Source: Opitutales bacterium | GTDB lineage: Bacteria > Verrucomicrobiota > Verrucomicrobiia > Opitutales > UBA2987 | Direction: 5' to 3' | NCBI GenBank assembly: GCA_965226885.1 | Contig: CBDDEL010000014.1 | Coordinates: forward strand, 96,001-160,000 | Length of the DNA stretch: 64,000 bases | In this document: piece after piece, positions 35,262 to 47,701 of the stretch | Position numbering within the stretch: position 1 is the stretch's first letter | Layout of the letters: each line of letters opens with the position of its first letter | Notes under the pieces: model-generated | Seen by the model: the letters and a program-made list of their open reading frames with translations, nothing else | Database searches by the model: none | What the model was told of the DNA's origin: nothing | Program-made: the position numbers and the translations under genes

Positions 35262-37486
35262 CTAAGCCTGCAGGAGGGGCTTGGGCCGGTTCATTTTCCA
35301 GGCGGCAGCCCCGGCCAGCAGGGTCATTAGGACCATGATGCCCCACTCGTTCAATGTTGGGACGATGACAACGCCTGCTCCTGCCTGAATGGGTATGTCA
35401 GGCTCGTCTTCCCAGGCCCAGTCGATGATGGTGATCGAGGTGCTGCTTGCCGCAACATTGACCCTGATCCAGCCGAGCCGTAATGAAACTCTTCATCATT
35501 TTCACTTGCAAACCGGACGCCGAGGTACTTATTGCCCTGCTTAGCCCGGATATTTCGTAAAAAAAGTATCGTTGATATGCTTAACTGCTGATATACAGCA
35601 GGATAGATCAATAATTAAAGCAATATCAGCGATGACAAAAGGTAAACAATCAAAGCTACAGTTGACAAGGGTAAAAGGCCGCCGTGTGCGGGTTGATTTC
35701 AAGGGCGGAGAGGTTACTTCGGATGCCGGACTGCTTTTGATCCGGGAAGTGGATCGGCAGTTGGGCTTGACCGAACGAGCGGCCCGACAGTTAGTGGACA
35801 AACGGCAGAAGGGCAAAGTACGCCATGAGGTATTGGGGATGCTGCGGCAGCGCGTTTACGGGCTGGTGGCGGGCTATGAGGATTTGAACGACTTTGATAC
35901 CCTGCGCCACGATCCATTGTTGCAAACGGTAACGGGGCGCATTGAAACGTTGGCCAGCGCGCCGACTTTGTGTCGTTTTGAAAACGGGCAGGATCGGCGG
36001 GCGGCCTTTGCGGTAAACGAGCTGTTGGTCGAACAGTTCATGGGCTCCTTTGCCGAGGAACCCGAAGAGATCATCCTGGACTTTGACGCCACCGACAATC
36101 CGGTGCACGGGCTCCAGGAGGGACGTTTTTTCCACGGTTATTATGATCATTACTGTTTTCTGCCGCTATATGTTTTTTGCGGTGATCAGCTGCTGGTGGC
36201 CTACCTGCGGCCGAGCAAGATCGATGCCAGCAAGCATGCCGGGGCCATCCTCAAATTGCTGGTTAAACGGATGCGCCAAAGCTGGCCCCGTACGCGGATT
36301 ATTTGGCGCGCCGACAGTGGATTTTGTCGAGACCGGATACTCTCTTGGTGCGACCGCAACGAAGTTAGTTACATCGTGGGGATGGCTCGCAATGCACGCT
36401 TGCAGCAAGACGCCCAGCAGTTGCAAAAGCAGGCCAAAGAATGGTTCGAACTAAGGGGTAAAAAACAACGGTTATTCCAGGACTTCGTCTATGCTGCCGA
36501 TTCGTGGCGATGGCTGCGGTTGGTCATCCATAAAGCCGAACACACCGCACAGGGGTCCAACCCGCGCTTCGTGGTGACGAACCTGCCGGGCGATCCCCAG
36601 GAGCTTTACGACAAGGTATACTGTGGCCGCGGTGAAATGGAGAACCGAATCAAGGAACAGATGCAATTGTTCAGCGAGCGCACCAGCGCCCATCAATGGT
36701 GGGCCAATCAGTGGCGATTGCTCTTGTCGGCGCTGGCCTACACCTTGATGGAAGCCATGCGCCGGTTAGCCTTAAAAGGGACGAAGTGGGCGCGGGCCCA
36801 ATGCCACACCCTGCGGCTCAAATTAATCAAGATCGGAGCGGTCATCGTGCGCAACACCCGAACGATTCACTTTCACCTAAGTGAGAGTTATCCTTGGGCC
36901 AGTCTTTTCAACCATGCGGCCCGCCGATTGGTGCCAACCTAAAGGGTGCATTGGTGCTGCCCCCGGCACTACCGAACCAATGGGGGAAAGGGGGCAGTGT
37001 CTCTACACCCTGAAAAACACCTAAAAAACACCTAAAAATCAAGACGATCTGCTCAAAATACAAAGAAATCCATCTCCAATAGCAATAACGAGCCAAACTT
37101 TACCCTTCATGAAATATCCGGGCTAGTGCGATGTACTTGTTAATTTCGGTATCGGTGTTGGTGTACTTGTGTCCGTGAACAAAGATGAAGTCGTCGTTGT
37201 CATCGCCATCCATATCGATGTAAGTAAGCGCGAAGCCATCATATACCGTTATTCCCAGTGTTCCCCGCAAGAAAATATTTTGCTGGGCGTTGTATTGGAT
37301 GGTCGCCTCGGCCGCCGGCGCGACGGCCAGGGCGGCGGCTCCTGTGGCGGCGCTGGCCAGGGGCAGACTTCCGGATCGGGCCGGGCCTTTGCTATTTCCC
37401 GCCGCAAGGGCCGAGGCGCAGTAGGCATCTAGTTTGTCCTTTAAATCAATGACTTTTCTAACTGCGGGTTCTTTCCTTTTTTTCAT
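35262..37486 (-). pseudogene. IPTL-CTERM sorted surface protein, split by IS1380-A
   Basis: N-part 37486-37123 (Ala-rich signal AAEA, DMDGDDNDDF); C-part YLGVRF...HYGWIRV...DWAWE...VPTLNEWGIMVLMTLLAGAAAWKMNR* after removing 5-bp duplication 35471-35480. Confidence 0.8.
35545..37122 (+). mobile_element. IS1380-A complete; transposase ORF 35572..36942
   Basis: Both IRs; flanks TTAG and CTAG do not match; 11-bp duplication 37013-37034. Confidence 0.95.
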
Positions 37487-37682
37487 GATTGAATCTCCCA
37501 ATGCTCAAAATAAAGGTAACGTTTTTGATGTGCCAATATTGCAACATAGTTTACTGCCAAAAAAAGTCAATACGATCATGTCCGATTTTTTTCTTTGCAA
37601 TGGACGATTGACGATTCCCAAACCCGCCGTCAGTAGCCGCAATCGAACTTCTTAAAGCGTACGAAACCATCATGCAATATTT

Positions 37683-38484
37683 GGTAGTGTATTAAGTAGG
37701 AATGGTGGCTAATTCTTGATTATATTGATGAATGAAAAGTCTCAGACAGGTTTCATGCATACTCTTAAGCTTGGAAAAGGAGAGGGTTTTGCGTGTGAGA
37801 CGACCCAGTCGTTGGCGCAGGGTATTGTTCCATCGTTCCACATGGGCCGTTTCACCGGTTTCTTTTCCCACGGATCGGTTATGAGGAAAGACTTCATCAT
37901 AAGTGCTCCAAAAGTCGCTGTAGGTGGCACATCTTTTGTAGGCCCGTGGCAGACGCTCGTAAAGTTCCCGGCAACGATACCAATCCCGAGGCCCAATGGC
38001 ATAGGAGAGGATTTGACGGGTGCGTCGGCAAAGAGCGATCCAAACCCATTGGGCATCGCTCTTGCGCCCCACAAAAGACCACAGTTCGTCCAGTTCAATG
38101 ACATCATGGCGGCGGGCCGCAAGAATCGTGCTTTTGAGCGGTCGCAGCGATTGTCGTTTTTTTTAACCAACTCAAAACGGTGTTGGGACTCACCCCGAAG
38201 GCGCGCTGTAAACCGCGTAGACTGCTGCGTTCCTGATAGACTCGCAGGATCATTTCTTTTTGCTCTTCGGTGTATTTCACTGTGGGGTTTTCGCGGCTTT
38301 GTTTACCACAATCATGGCAGCGGTAGCGCTGTTTATGGTTGGGCGTCTTGCCAAATTTAATGATATTTTCACTTCCACAGTGCCGACAATTAATAATTTT
38401 AGTAACCATGCACTAAGAATAAACTGCCTAACGCTATTTGTACAGCTAAAAATACAAAATAACATTCTTTTTTTATACACTACC
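37683..38484 (-). mobile_element. IS1-A complete copy
   Basis: 802 bp; 8-bp TSD CAATATTT. Confidence 0.95.
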
Positions 38485-38742
38485 CAATATTTCAATCGGT
38501 TTCTTTAGCGACAAACCATTAATTTTCTTCAACTCATTTTGAAATATGGAATCAGCCGAAGAAGCCCAAGCCCTGTTGAGCAGTTTTTGGGGCGGCATGA
38601 ATGATTCCAGATATACGATTTATAGCCTAAGGGATGATTTTGTCCATGCCATCCGACCAGGAATAGGTCATACTCATATTGCGAAGGCCAATCAATACTG
38701 TCCATATGAGGTTTCTTGCATATCCGTTGAAACATCAAGAGC

Positions 38743-38792
38743 AGGTTCTTATACCCTCTTATACCCTAGGTTCTTATACCCTCTTATACCCT
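38743..38792. repeat. 25-bp tandem repeat containing a nested 10-bp repeat
   Basis: AGGTTCTTATACCCTCTTATACCCT x2. Confidence 0.9.
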
Positions 38793-39534
38793 TATTGAAA
38801 TAAATTGGATGGATGGCTTGACCAATACGTATATTGCGGCCAGGGAAATCGTGCAACGCCCACCGACTCCCGCTTCCTCGCCCCTGGTTAATCAGGTTTA
38901 TTGGCGCGGGTGTCAGGAAAAACAAGACTTAGAGGCCGTCTCCGAAGCCATTCCAAGCGGTAGTGTATTAAGTAGGAATGGTGGCTAATTCTTGATTATA
39001 TTGATGAATGAAAAGTCTCAGACAGGTTTCATGCATACTCTTAAGCTTGGAAAAGGAGAGGGTTTTGCGTGTGAAACGACCCAGTCGTTGGCGCAGGGTA
39101 TTGTTCCATCGTTCCACATGGGCCGTTTCACCGGTTTCTTTTCCCACGGATCGGTTATGAGGAAAGACTTCATCATAAGTGCTCCAAAAGTCGCTGTAGG
39201 TGGCACATCTTTTGTAGGCCCGTGGCAGACGCTCGTAAAGTTCCCGGCAACGATACCAATCCCGAGGCCCAATGGCATAGGAGAGGATTTGACGGGTGCG
39301 TCGGCAAAGAGCGATCCAAACCCATTGGGCATCGCTCTTGCGCCCCACAAAAGACCACAGTTCGTCCAGTTCAATGACATCATGGCGGCGGGCCGCAAGA
39401 ATCGTGCTTTTGAGCGGTCGCAGCGATTGTCGTTTTTTTTAACCAACTCAAAACGGTGTTGGGACTCACCCCGAAGGCGCGCTGTAAACCGCGTAGACTG
39501 CTGCGTTCCTGATAGACTCGAAGGATCATTTCTT

Positions 39535-40330
39535 GGTAGTGTTAACATTTTGAATGTTTAAGCTGTACTTTTTAGCGTGATTATGCTGTAAACTCGGAAT
39601 GGTCCATATCACAGTAAAATGTCCTCAATGCGGAAGCGATCACATCATCAAGCACGGCAAGGATCCGAAAGGGGTTCAGAAGTATCGATGCAAGAGGTGT
39701 GGTTATCAGTTTCGGCTTCACCCTAAAAGTCGTGAGCATCCCCCGGCATTGGTCGAGCAAGTGCTCCGTGCGCACCAAAACCGGATGAGCCTGCGTGCCA
39801 TTTACCGTACCTTCGGGGTAGCCCCAAAGACGGTCATTGAATGGATTAGAAAAAAGTCCTGAGTTTGCCGAAGCTGGAATCCACCCTGCTTGCTCGCCAG
39901 TGTAATGATGTGCTGGAGCTGGACGAGGTGTGGTCATTCTGGGGCGATAAGCGTTCGGGGTAGGTATGGCTATGGGTAGCCTTGTGCCGACGTACCCGAC
40001 AGGTCGTCGGCTTTGCCCTGGGTGATCGTAGCGATCAAACGTGCTGGCAGTTGAATCACAACATCGCCCAACCGTATCGCAACTGTGCCACCGTAAGCGA
40101 TTTCTGGGAGAGCTATGACAAGGTTTTCCCTCACAACAGCGCCAGCGGGAAACAATCCGGTCAAACCGCCCATATCGAACGCTGGAACAATACCTTGCGA
40201 CAGTCTCTGTCACGCTATGTGCGCAAAACGCTGTCATTCTCCAAATCTTTGGTCATGCATTTTCGTGTCCTGTGCTTGTTCATCTGGGAATACAACAGCA
40301 ATATCAAACATTCGTCATGTTAACACTACC
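39535..40330 (+). mobile_element. IS1-family element type B copy 1 (796 bp), nonsense codon in insB
   Basis: IRs GGTAGTGTTAACAT; insA 39599..39862 (CPQCGS...YRCKRCG); CAG to TAG at 39961. Confidence 0.92.
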
Positions 40331-40365
40331 CGATTTTGAGGCTGGTAAAACGGATGGGGTTAAAA

Positions 40366-40439
40366 TGATGTGCACTGGAAAAAGTGGACACGAGATTCTC
40401 CTAAATGGAGAATCGAAGCATGGGAAGAAGACGCTTTAG
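40366..40439 (+). mobile_element. IS3-B left-end fragment
   Basis: TGATGTGCACTGGAAAAAGTGGACACG...GACGCTTTAG, cut by IS1380-A. Confidence 0.9.
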
Positions 40440-40944
40440 CCCGGATATTTCGTAAAAAAAGTATCGTTGATATGCTTAACTGCTGATATACAGCAGGATA
40501 GATCAATAATTAAAGCAATATCAGCGATGACAAAAGGTAAACAATTAAAGCTACAGTTGACAAGGGTAAAAGGCCGCCGTGTGCGGGTTGATTTCAAGGG
40601 CGGAGAGGTTACTTCGGATGCCGGACTGCTTTTGATCCGGGAAGTGGATCGGCAGTTGGGCTTGACCGAACGAGCGGCCCGACAGTTAGTGGACAAACGG
40701 CAGAAGGGCAAAGTACGCCATGAGGTATTGGGGATGCTGCGGCAGCGCGTTTACGGGCTGGTGGCGGGCTATGAGGATTTGAACGACTTTGATACCCTGC
40801 GCCACGATCCATTGTTGCAAACGGTAACGGGGCGCATTGAAACGTTGGCCAGCGCGCCGACTTTGTGTCGTTTTGAAAACGGGCAGGATCGGCGGGCGGC
40901 CTTTGCGGTAAACGAGCTGTTGGTCGAACAGTTCATGGGCTCCT
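40440..40944 (+). mobile_element. IS1380-A 5' fragment
   Basis: Left IR after TTAG; cut by IS1-A at 40945. Confidence 0.92.
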
Positions 40945-41497
40945 GGTAGTGTATTAAGTAGGAATGGTGGCTAATTCTTGATTATATTGATGAATGAAAA
41001 GTCTCAGACAGGTTTCATGCATACTCTTAAGCTTGGAAAAGGAGAGGGTTTTGCGTGTGAAACGACCCAGTCGTTGGCGCAGGGTATTGTTCCATCGTTC
41101 CACATGGGCCGTTTCACCGGTTTCTTTTCCCACGGATCGGTTATGAGGAAAGACTTCATCATAAGTGCTCCAAAAGTCGCTGTAGGTGGCACATCTTTTG
41201 TAGGCCCGTGGCAGACGCTCGTAAAGTTCCCGGCAACGATACCAATCCCGAGGCCCAATGGCATAGGAGAGGATTTGACGGGTGCGTCGGCAAAGAGCGA
41301 TCCAAACCCATTGGGCATCGCTCTTGCGCCCCACAAAAGACCACAGTTCGTCCAGTTCAATGACATCATGGCGGCGGGCCGCAAGAATCGTGCTTTTGAG
41401 CGGTCGCAGCGATTGTCGTTTTTTTTAACCAACTCAAAACGGTGTTGGGACTCACCCCGAAGGCGCGCTGTAAACCGCGTAGACTGCTGCGTTCCTG
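40945..41497 (-). mobile_element. IS1-A 3' fragment
   Basis: Right IR and insB; cut by IS1-B at 41498. Confidence 0.9.
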
Positions 41498-42293
41498 GGT
41501 AGTGTTAACATTTTGAATGTTTAAGCTGTACTTTTTAGCGTGATTATGTTGTGAACTGGGAATGGTCCATATCACAGTAAAATGTCCTCAATGCGGAAGC
41601 GATCACATCATCAAGCACGGCAAGGATCCGAAAGGGGTTCAGAAGTATCGATGCAAGGGGTGTGGTTATCAGTTTCGGCTTCACCCCAAAAGTCGTGAGC
41701 ATCCTCCGGCGCTGGTCAAGCAGGTGCTCCGTGCGCACCAAAACCGGATGAGCCTGCGTGCCATTTACCGTACCTTCGGGGTAGCCCCAAAGACGGTCAT
41801 CGAATGGATTAAAAAAAAGTCCTGAGTTTGCCGAAGCTGGAGTCCACTCTGCTTGCCCGCCAGTGTAGTGATGTGCTGGAACTGGACGAGGTGTGGTCAT
41901 TCTGGGGCGATAAGCGTTCGGGGCAGGTATGGCTATGGGTAGCCTTGTGTCGACGTACCCGACAGGTCGTCGGGTTTTCTCTGGGTGATCGTAGCGATCA
42001 AACGTGCTGGCAGTTGTATCACAACATCGCCCAGCCCTATCGCGACTGTGCCACCGTAAGCGATTACTGGGAAAGCTACGACAAGGTTTTCCCTCACAAC
42101 AGCGCCAGCGGGAAACAATCCGGCCAAACCGCCCATATCGAACGCTGGAACAATACCTTGCGACAGTCCCTGTCACGCTATGTGCGTAAAACGCTGTCAT
42201 TCTCGAAGTCTTTGGTCATGCATTTTCGCGTCCTGTGCTTGTTCATCTGGGAATACAACAGCAATATCAAACATTCGTCATGTTAACACTACC
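41498..42293 (+). mobile_element. IS1-B copy 2 (796 bp), apparently intact
   Basis: insA 41562..41825, A8G slippery site, insB to 42286. Confidence 0.92.
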
Positions 42294-42577
42294 CATTTCT
42301 TTTTGCTCTTCGGTGTATTTCACTGTGGGGTTTTCGCGGCTTTGTTTACCACAATCATGGCAGCGGTAGCGCTGTTTATGGTTGGGCGTCTTGCCAAATT
42401 TAATGATATTTTCACTTCCACAGTGCCGACAATTAATAATTTTAGTAACCATGCACTAAGAATAAACTGCCTAACGCTATTTGTACAGCTAAAAATACAA
42501 AATAACATTCTTTTTTTATACACTACCAATAATAAGTTACTTAAATATACTTATAACGAGCAAATTCTTAAAATCCA

Positions 42578-43452
42578 ATGGGTGACGCAAAAAAGAGCAG
42601 TTTTCGGGTTCAATTCAACCGCCGAATCAAGTTGGAGTTCCACGGTGCGAAGGTTACCAGTGATGCAGGATTGTTACTCTACCGGGAACTCGATGAGGCT
42701 TTCGGGCTGACTGCAATAGGAAGCAAAAATGTGGTGGAGGAGCGCACGGGCAAAAATATCCAGCACGGCAGAACGGCTCTGCTTCGGCAGTCTGTCTTTA
42801 GTCGCCTGGCAGGATACAAAGATACGAACGATGCGGAGCGACTGCGCTTTGATCCGGTCATGAGGCAGATTGTCGGGGGTCGTGCCGATTGGCAACCGGC
42901 GGCTTCGCCCAGTGAAATGAGCCGCTTTGAAACACAGATGTTAACCAAGCCTGCGAATCTGAGCGCACTGATGGACATGAGTGGTCAATGGATCGACCAG
43001 GTGAATAGGCGAGTGGGGATGAAAAAATTGATTCTCGATATGGATAGTTCGGAGAGCCCTACTTACGGGAAGCAGGAAGGCTCGGCCTTCAACGGTCATT
43101 TCGGCTGCACCTGTTACCATCCCCTGTTCTGCTTCAACCAGTTTGGTGATCTGGAACGGGCCAACCTGCGTAAAGGCAATGTGCACAGTGCCGACGATTG
43201 GTTGTCGGTGCTCCAACCGGTCGTTGCCCGCTATCGTGACTGTCCCCTGAAACGATTTTTCCGAGGTGACGCAGCCTTCGCCAATCCGGACCTCTACGGT
43301 TACCTTGAGCAAGAGAACTTCTCCTATGCCATTCGGCTGCAGAGCAACACGATTTTACAAAAACATATCGCCCCTTTACTCACTCGGCCAGTGGGGCGAC
43401 CCTCGTGGGCACCCAAGGTGTTTTATGCCAGTTTTCCGTATCAAGCCGCTAG
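42578..43452 (+). pseudogene. Second IS1380-family transposase (type B), 3'-truncated
   Basis: VTSDAGLLLYRELD, LDMDSSESPTYG, CYHPLF, RGDAAF; cut at CTAG by IS1380-A. Confidence 0.9.
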
Positions 43453-46350
43453 CCCGGATATTTCATGAAGGGTAAAGTTTGGCTCGTTATTGCTATTGGA
43501 GATGGATTTCTTTGTATTTTGAGCAGATCGTCTTGATTTTTAGGTGTTTTTCAGGGTGTAGAGACACTGCCCCCTTTCCCCCATTGATGTGCACTGGAAA
43601 AAGTGGACACGAGATTCTCCTAAATGGAGAATCGAAGCATGGGAAGAAGACGCTTTAGTATAGAGTTCAAAAATGAGGCAGTTCAACTGATGATACTCGA
43701 TGGTCTGAGCGCCACCGAGGTATCGACCAAACTTGGGGTCAACACCAACCAATTGTATAGGTGGAAGAGGCTCTATCTGGACGATCAGCAGGGCGAAGCC
43801 ACCTCAAAGCGACAGAGCAGTCCGAAGGAGATGGCGGCCGAGATAGATCGTCTTCGCAAAGAGCTGCGCCGCTCGGAGCGGATCAACCAGATACTAAAAA
43901 AAACGGTGGGCTACTTTGCCAAGGACGAACAATGAAGTACCAGTTTGTCAAAGACAACGAGGGGCGCTTCAAGATCGAGGAAATATGCTCGGCGATGGGG
44001 ATTTGTCGCAGTGGCTATTACTGCTGGAGGCACCGAGCGCCCTCGGCCCGGCGGATCGAGGACGAGGGAATCAAGGGGGCGATCCTGAAGGTACACAAAG
44101 AGGCCAAGGGCCGCTATGGGCATCGGCCAATGCACCGCCATCTGAAGGATGATGAGGGCATCGATTGCGGCCGTGACCGGGCTCTGCGTCTGATGCGTGA
44201 AATGGGAATCAAAAGCACCCAGAGTAAACGCTTTAAGCCATTAAAAACCAACAGTAACCATCCCTATGGTTACAGCCCCAATGTGCTTAAAAAGCATGGC
44301 CAGCCGACCCATATCGACGAGGTCTGGGTGGCGGACACGACCTACCTACGGACCCTGGCCGGTTGGATGTACTTGGCCACGGTGATGGACCTGTTCAGCC
44401 GACGCCTGCTGGGCTGGAGCGTTTCCAACCACAACGACGCGAAGCTGGTTGGCAAGGCCCTCAAAGCCGCGGCCATGACCCGCGGCACACTGCGCACCGG
44501 GATTATTCATCACAGCGATCGGGGCAGCCCCTACGCCAGCGACGACTATCAGAGGCTGGTCTCTGAACTAGGCATGAAGCCGAGCATGAGCGCCCAAGGC
44601 AACTGCTACGACAACGCGGCCATGGAATCGTTCTACGGCCGCTTCAAGACCAGCACGATTCGAGGCCGCCACTTTGCCGACGGGCGCGAACTGCGATCAA
44701 CTGTCTTCGAATACGTGGAAATCTTCTACAACCGATATCGCAAACATTCCTCTCTGAGTTACCAAAGCCCAGTCCAATTCGAGGAAAATATTTGCCCCCC
44801 ATGGGGGGCAACGAGAAAACAAAACCCTTTACCAAAACAAGCCGCCTGACACACTAATCAATAAACAATGAATATAAGAGAATCCCGTGTCCAACAAATC
44901 CAGTACACGTCACATTGGTTCGGTAGTGCCGGGGGCAGCACCAATGCACCCTTTAGGTTGGCACCAATCGGCGGGCCGCATGGTTGAAAAGACTGGCCCA
45001 AGGATAACTCTCACTTAGGTGAAAGTGAATCGTTCGGGTGTTGCGCACGATGACCGCTCCGATCTTGATTAATTTGAGCCGCAGGGTGTGGCATTGGGCC
45101 CGCGCCCACTTCGTCCCTTTTAAGGCTAACCGGCGCATGGCTTCCATCAAGGTGTAGGCCAGCGCCGACAAGAGCAATCGCCACTGATTGGCCCACCATT
45201 GATGGGCGCTGGTGCGCTCGCTGAACAATTGCATCTGTTCCTTGATTCGGTTCTCCATTTCACCGCGGCCACAGTATACCTTGTCGTAAAGCTCCTGGGG
45301 ATCGCCCGGCAGGTTCGTCACCACGAAGCGCGGGTTGGACCCCTGTGCGGTGTGTTCGGCTTTATGGATGACCAACCGCAGCCATCGCCACGAATCGGCA
45401 GCATAGACGAAGTCCTGGAATAACCGTTGTTTTTTACCCCTTAGTTCGAACCATTCTTTGGCCTGCTTTTGCAACTGCTGGGCGTCTTGCTGCAAGCGTG
45501 CATTGCGAGCCATCCCCACGATGTAACTAACTTCGTTGCGGTCGCACCAAGAGAGTATCCGGTCTCGACAAAATCCACTGTCGGCGCGCCAAATAATCCG
45601 CGTACGGGGCCAGCTTTGGCGAATCCGTTTAACCAGCAATTTGAGGATGGCCCCGGCATGCTTGCTGGCATCGATCTTGCTCGGCCGCAGGTAGGCCACC
45701 AGCAGCTGATCACCGCAAAAAACATATAGCGGCAGAAAACAGTAATGATCATAATAACCGTGGAAAAAACGTCCCTCCTGGAGCCCGTGCACCGGATTGT
45801 CGGTGGCGTCAAAGTCCAGGATGATCTCTTCGGGTTCCTCGGCAAAGGAGCCCATGAACTGTTCGACCAACAGCTCGTTTACCGCAAAGGCCGCCCGCCG
45901 ATCCTGCCCGTTTTCAAAACGACACAAAGTCGGCGCGCTGGCCAACGTTTCAATGCGCCCCGTTACCGTTTGCAACAATGGATCGTGGCGCAGGGTATCA
46001 AAGTCGTTCAAATCCTCATAGCCCGCCACCAGCCCGTAAACGCGCTGCCGCAGCATCCCCAATACCTCATGGCGTACTTTGCCCTTCTGCCGTTTGTCCA
46101 CTAACTGTCGGGCCGCTCGTTCGGTCAAGCCCAACTGCCGATCCACTTCCCGGATCAAAAGCAGTCCGGCATCCGAAGTAACCTCTCCGCCCTTGAAATC
46201 AACCCGCACACGGCGGCCTTTTACCCTTGTCAACTGTAGCTTTAATTGTTTACCTTTTGTCATCGCTGATATTGCTTTAATTATTGATCTATCCTGCTGT
46301 ATATCAGCAGTTAAGCATATCAACGATACTTTTTTTACGAAATATCCGGG
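43453..46350 (-). mobile_element. IS1380-A with IS3-B inserted in its 3' untranslated end; ORF 44953..46323 intact
   Basis: Both IRs; flanks CTAG and TTAG do not match. Confidence 0.93.
43585..44912 (+). mobile_element. IS3-B complete; orfA 43624..43935, orfB 43932..44849
   Basis: 1328 bp; 3-bp TSD CAT; A8C slippery run and ATGA overlap. Confidence 0.95.
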
Positions 46351-47697
46351 TTAGGTTGGCACCAACCGGCGGGCCGCATGGTTGAAAAGACTGGCCCATG
46401 GATAACTTTCACTTAGATGAAAGTGAATCGTTCGGGTGTTGCGCACGATTACCGCTCCGATCTTGATTAATTTTAGCCGTAGACTGTGGCATTGGAGCCG
46501 CGCCCACTTCGTCCCTTTTAATGCGAACCGGCGCAAGGCTTCCATCAAGGTGTAGGCCAGCCCCGACAAGAGCAATCGCCACTGGTTGGCCCACCATTTA
46601 TGCGCGCTGGTGCGTTCGCTGAACAATTGCATCTGTTCCTTGATCCGGTTCTCCATCTCACCGCGGCCACAGTATACTTTGTCGTAAAGCTCTTGGGGAT
46701 CGCCCTGCAGGTTCGTCACCACGAAGCGCGGGTTGGACCCCTGTGCGGTGTGTTCGGCTTTGTGGATGATAAGGCGTTGGCGCCGCCACGATTTTGCCCC
46801 ATACTCGAAGTGCTGAAACAGCCGTTGCTTTTTGCCGCTACCCTCGAACCATTGTTTGGCTTGCTCCTGCAACTGCCGGGCCGCTTGCTGCAAGCGTGCA
46901 TGGCGGGCCGTTCCCACTATAAAATAAACCTCGTTGCGCTCGCACCACGAGAGAATCCGATCCCGGCAGAATCCGCTGTCGGCACGCCAAATAATCCGCG
47001 TATGGGGCCAGCTTTGGCGAATCCGTTTAACCAGCAATTTGAGGATGGCCCCGGCATGCTTGCTCGCATCGATCTTGCTGGGCCGCAGGTAGGCCACCAG
47101 AAGCTGATCGCCGCAAAAAACATACAGCGGCAAAAAACAGTAATGATCATAATAACCGTGGAAAAAACGTCCCTCCTGGAGCCCGTGCACCGGATTGTCG
47201 GTGGCGTCAAAGTCCAGGATGATCTCTTCGGGTTCCTCGGCAAAGGATCCGATGAACTGTTCGACCAGCAACTCGTTCAGGGCAAAGGCTGCCCGCCGAT
47301 CCTGCCCGTTTTCAAAACGACACAAAGTCGGCGCGCTGGCCAACGCTTCAGTGCGCCCCGTTACCGTTTGCAACAAAGGATCGCGGCGCAGGGTGTCAAA
47401 GTCGTTCAAATCCTCATGGCGCACTTTGCCCTTCTGCCGTTTGTCTACTAATTGCCGGGCCGCTTGCTCGGTCAAGCCCAACCGCCGATCCACTTCCCGG
47501 ATCAAAAGCAGCCCGGCATCCGAAGTAACCTCACCGCCCTTAAAATCAACCCGCACACGGCGGCCTTTTACCCTTGTCAACTGTAGTTCTAATTGTTTAC
47601 TTTTTGTCATCGCTGATATTGCTTTAATGTTTAATCTATCCTGCTGTATATCAGCAGATAAGCATATCAGCGATACTTTTTTTATGAAATTTCCGGG
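46351..47697 (-). mobile_element. Diverged IS1380-A variant lacking right end; 51-bp in-frame deletion
   Basis: Many substitutions versus A; left IR CCCGGAAATTTCAT; VLGMLRQRVYGLVAGYE missing. Confidence 0.9.
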
Positions 47698-47701
47698 CTA
47701 G

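Larger units (their letters stand above)
38959..42527 (-). mobile_element. IS1-A split into 38959-39534 and 42294-42527 by an inserted block
   Basis: Halves rejoin at duplicated CATTTCTT. Confidence 0.8.
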
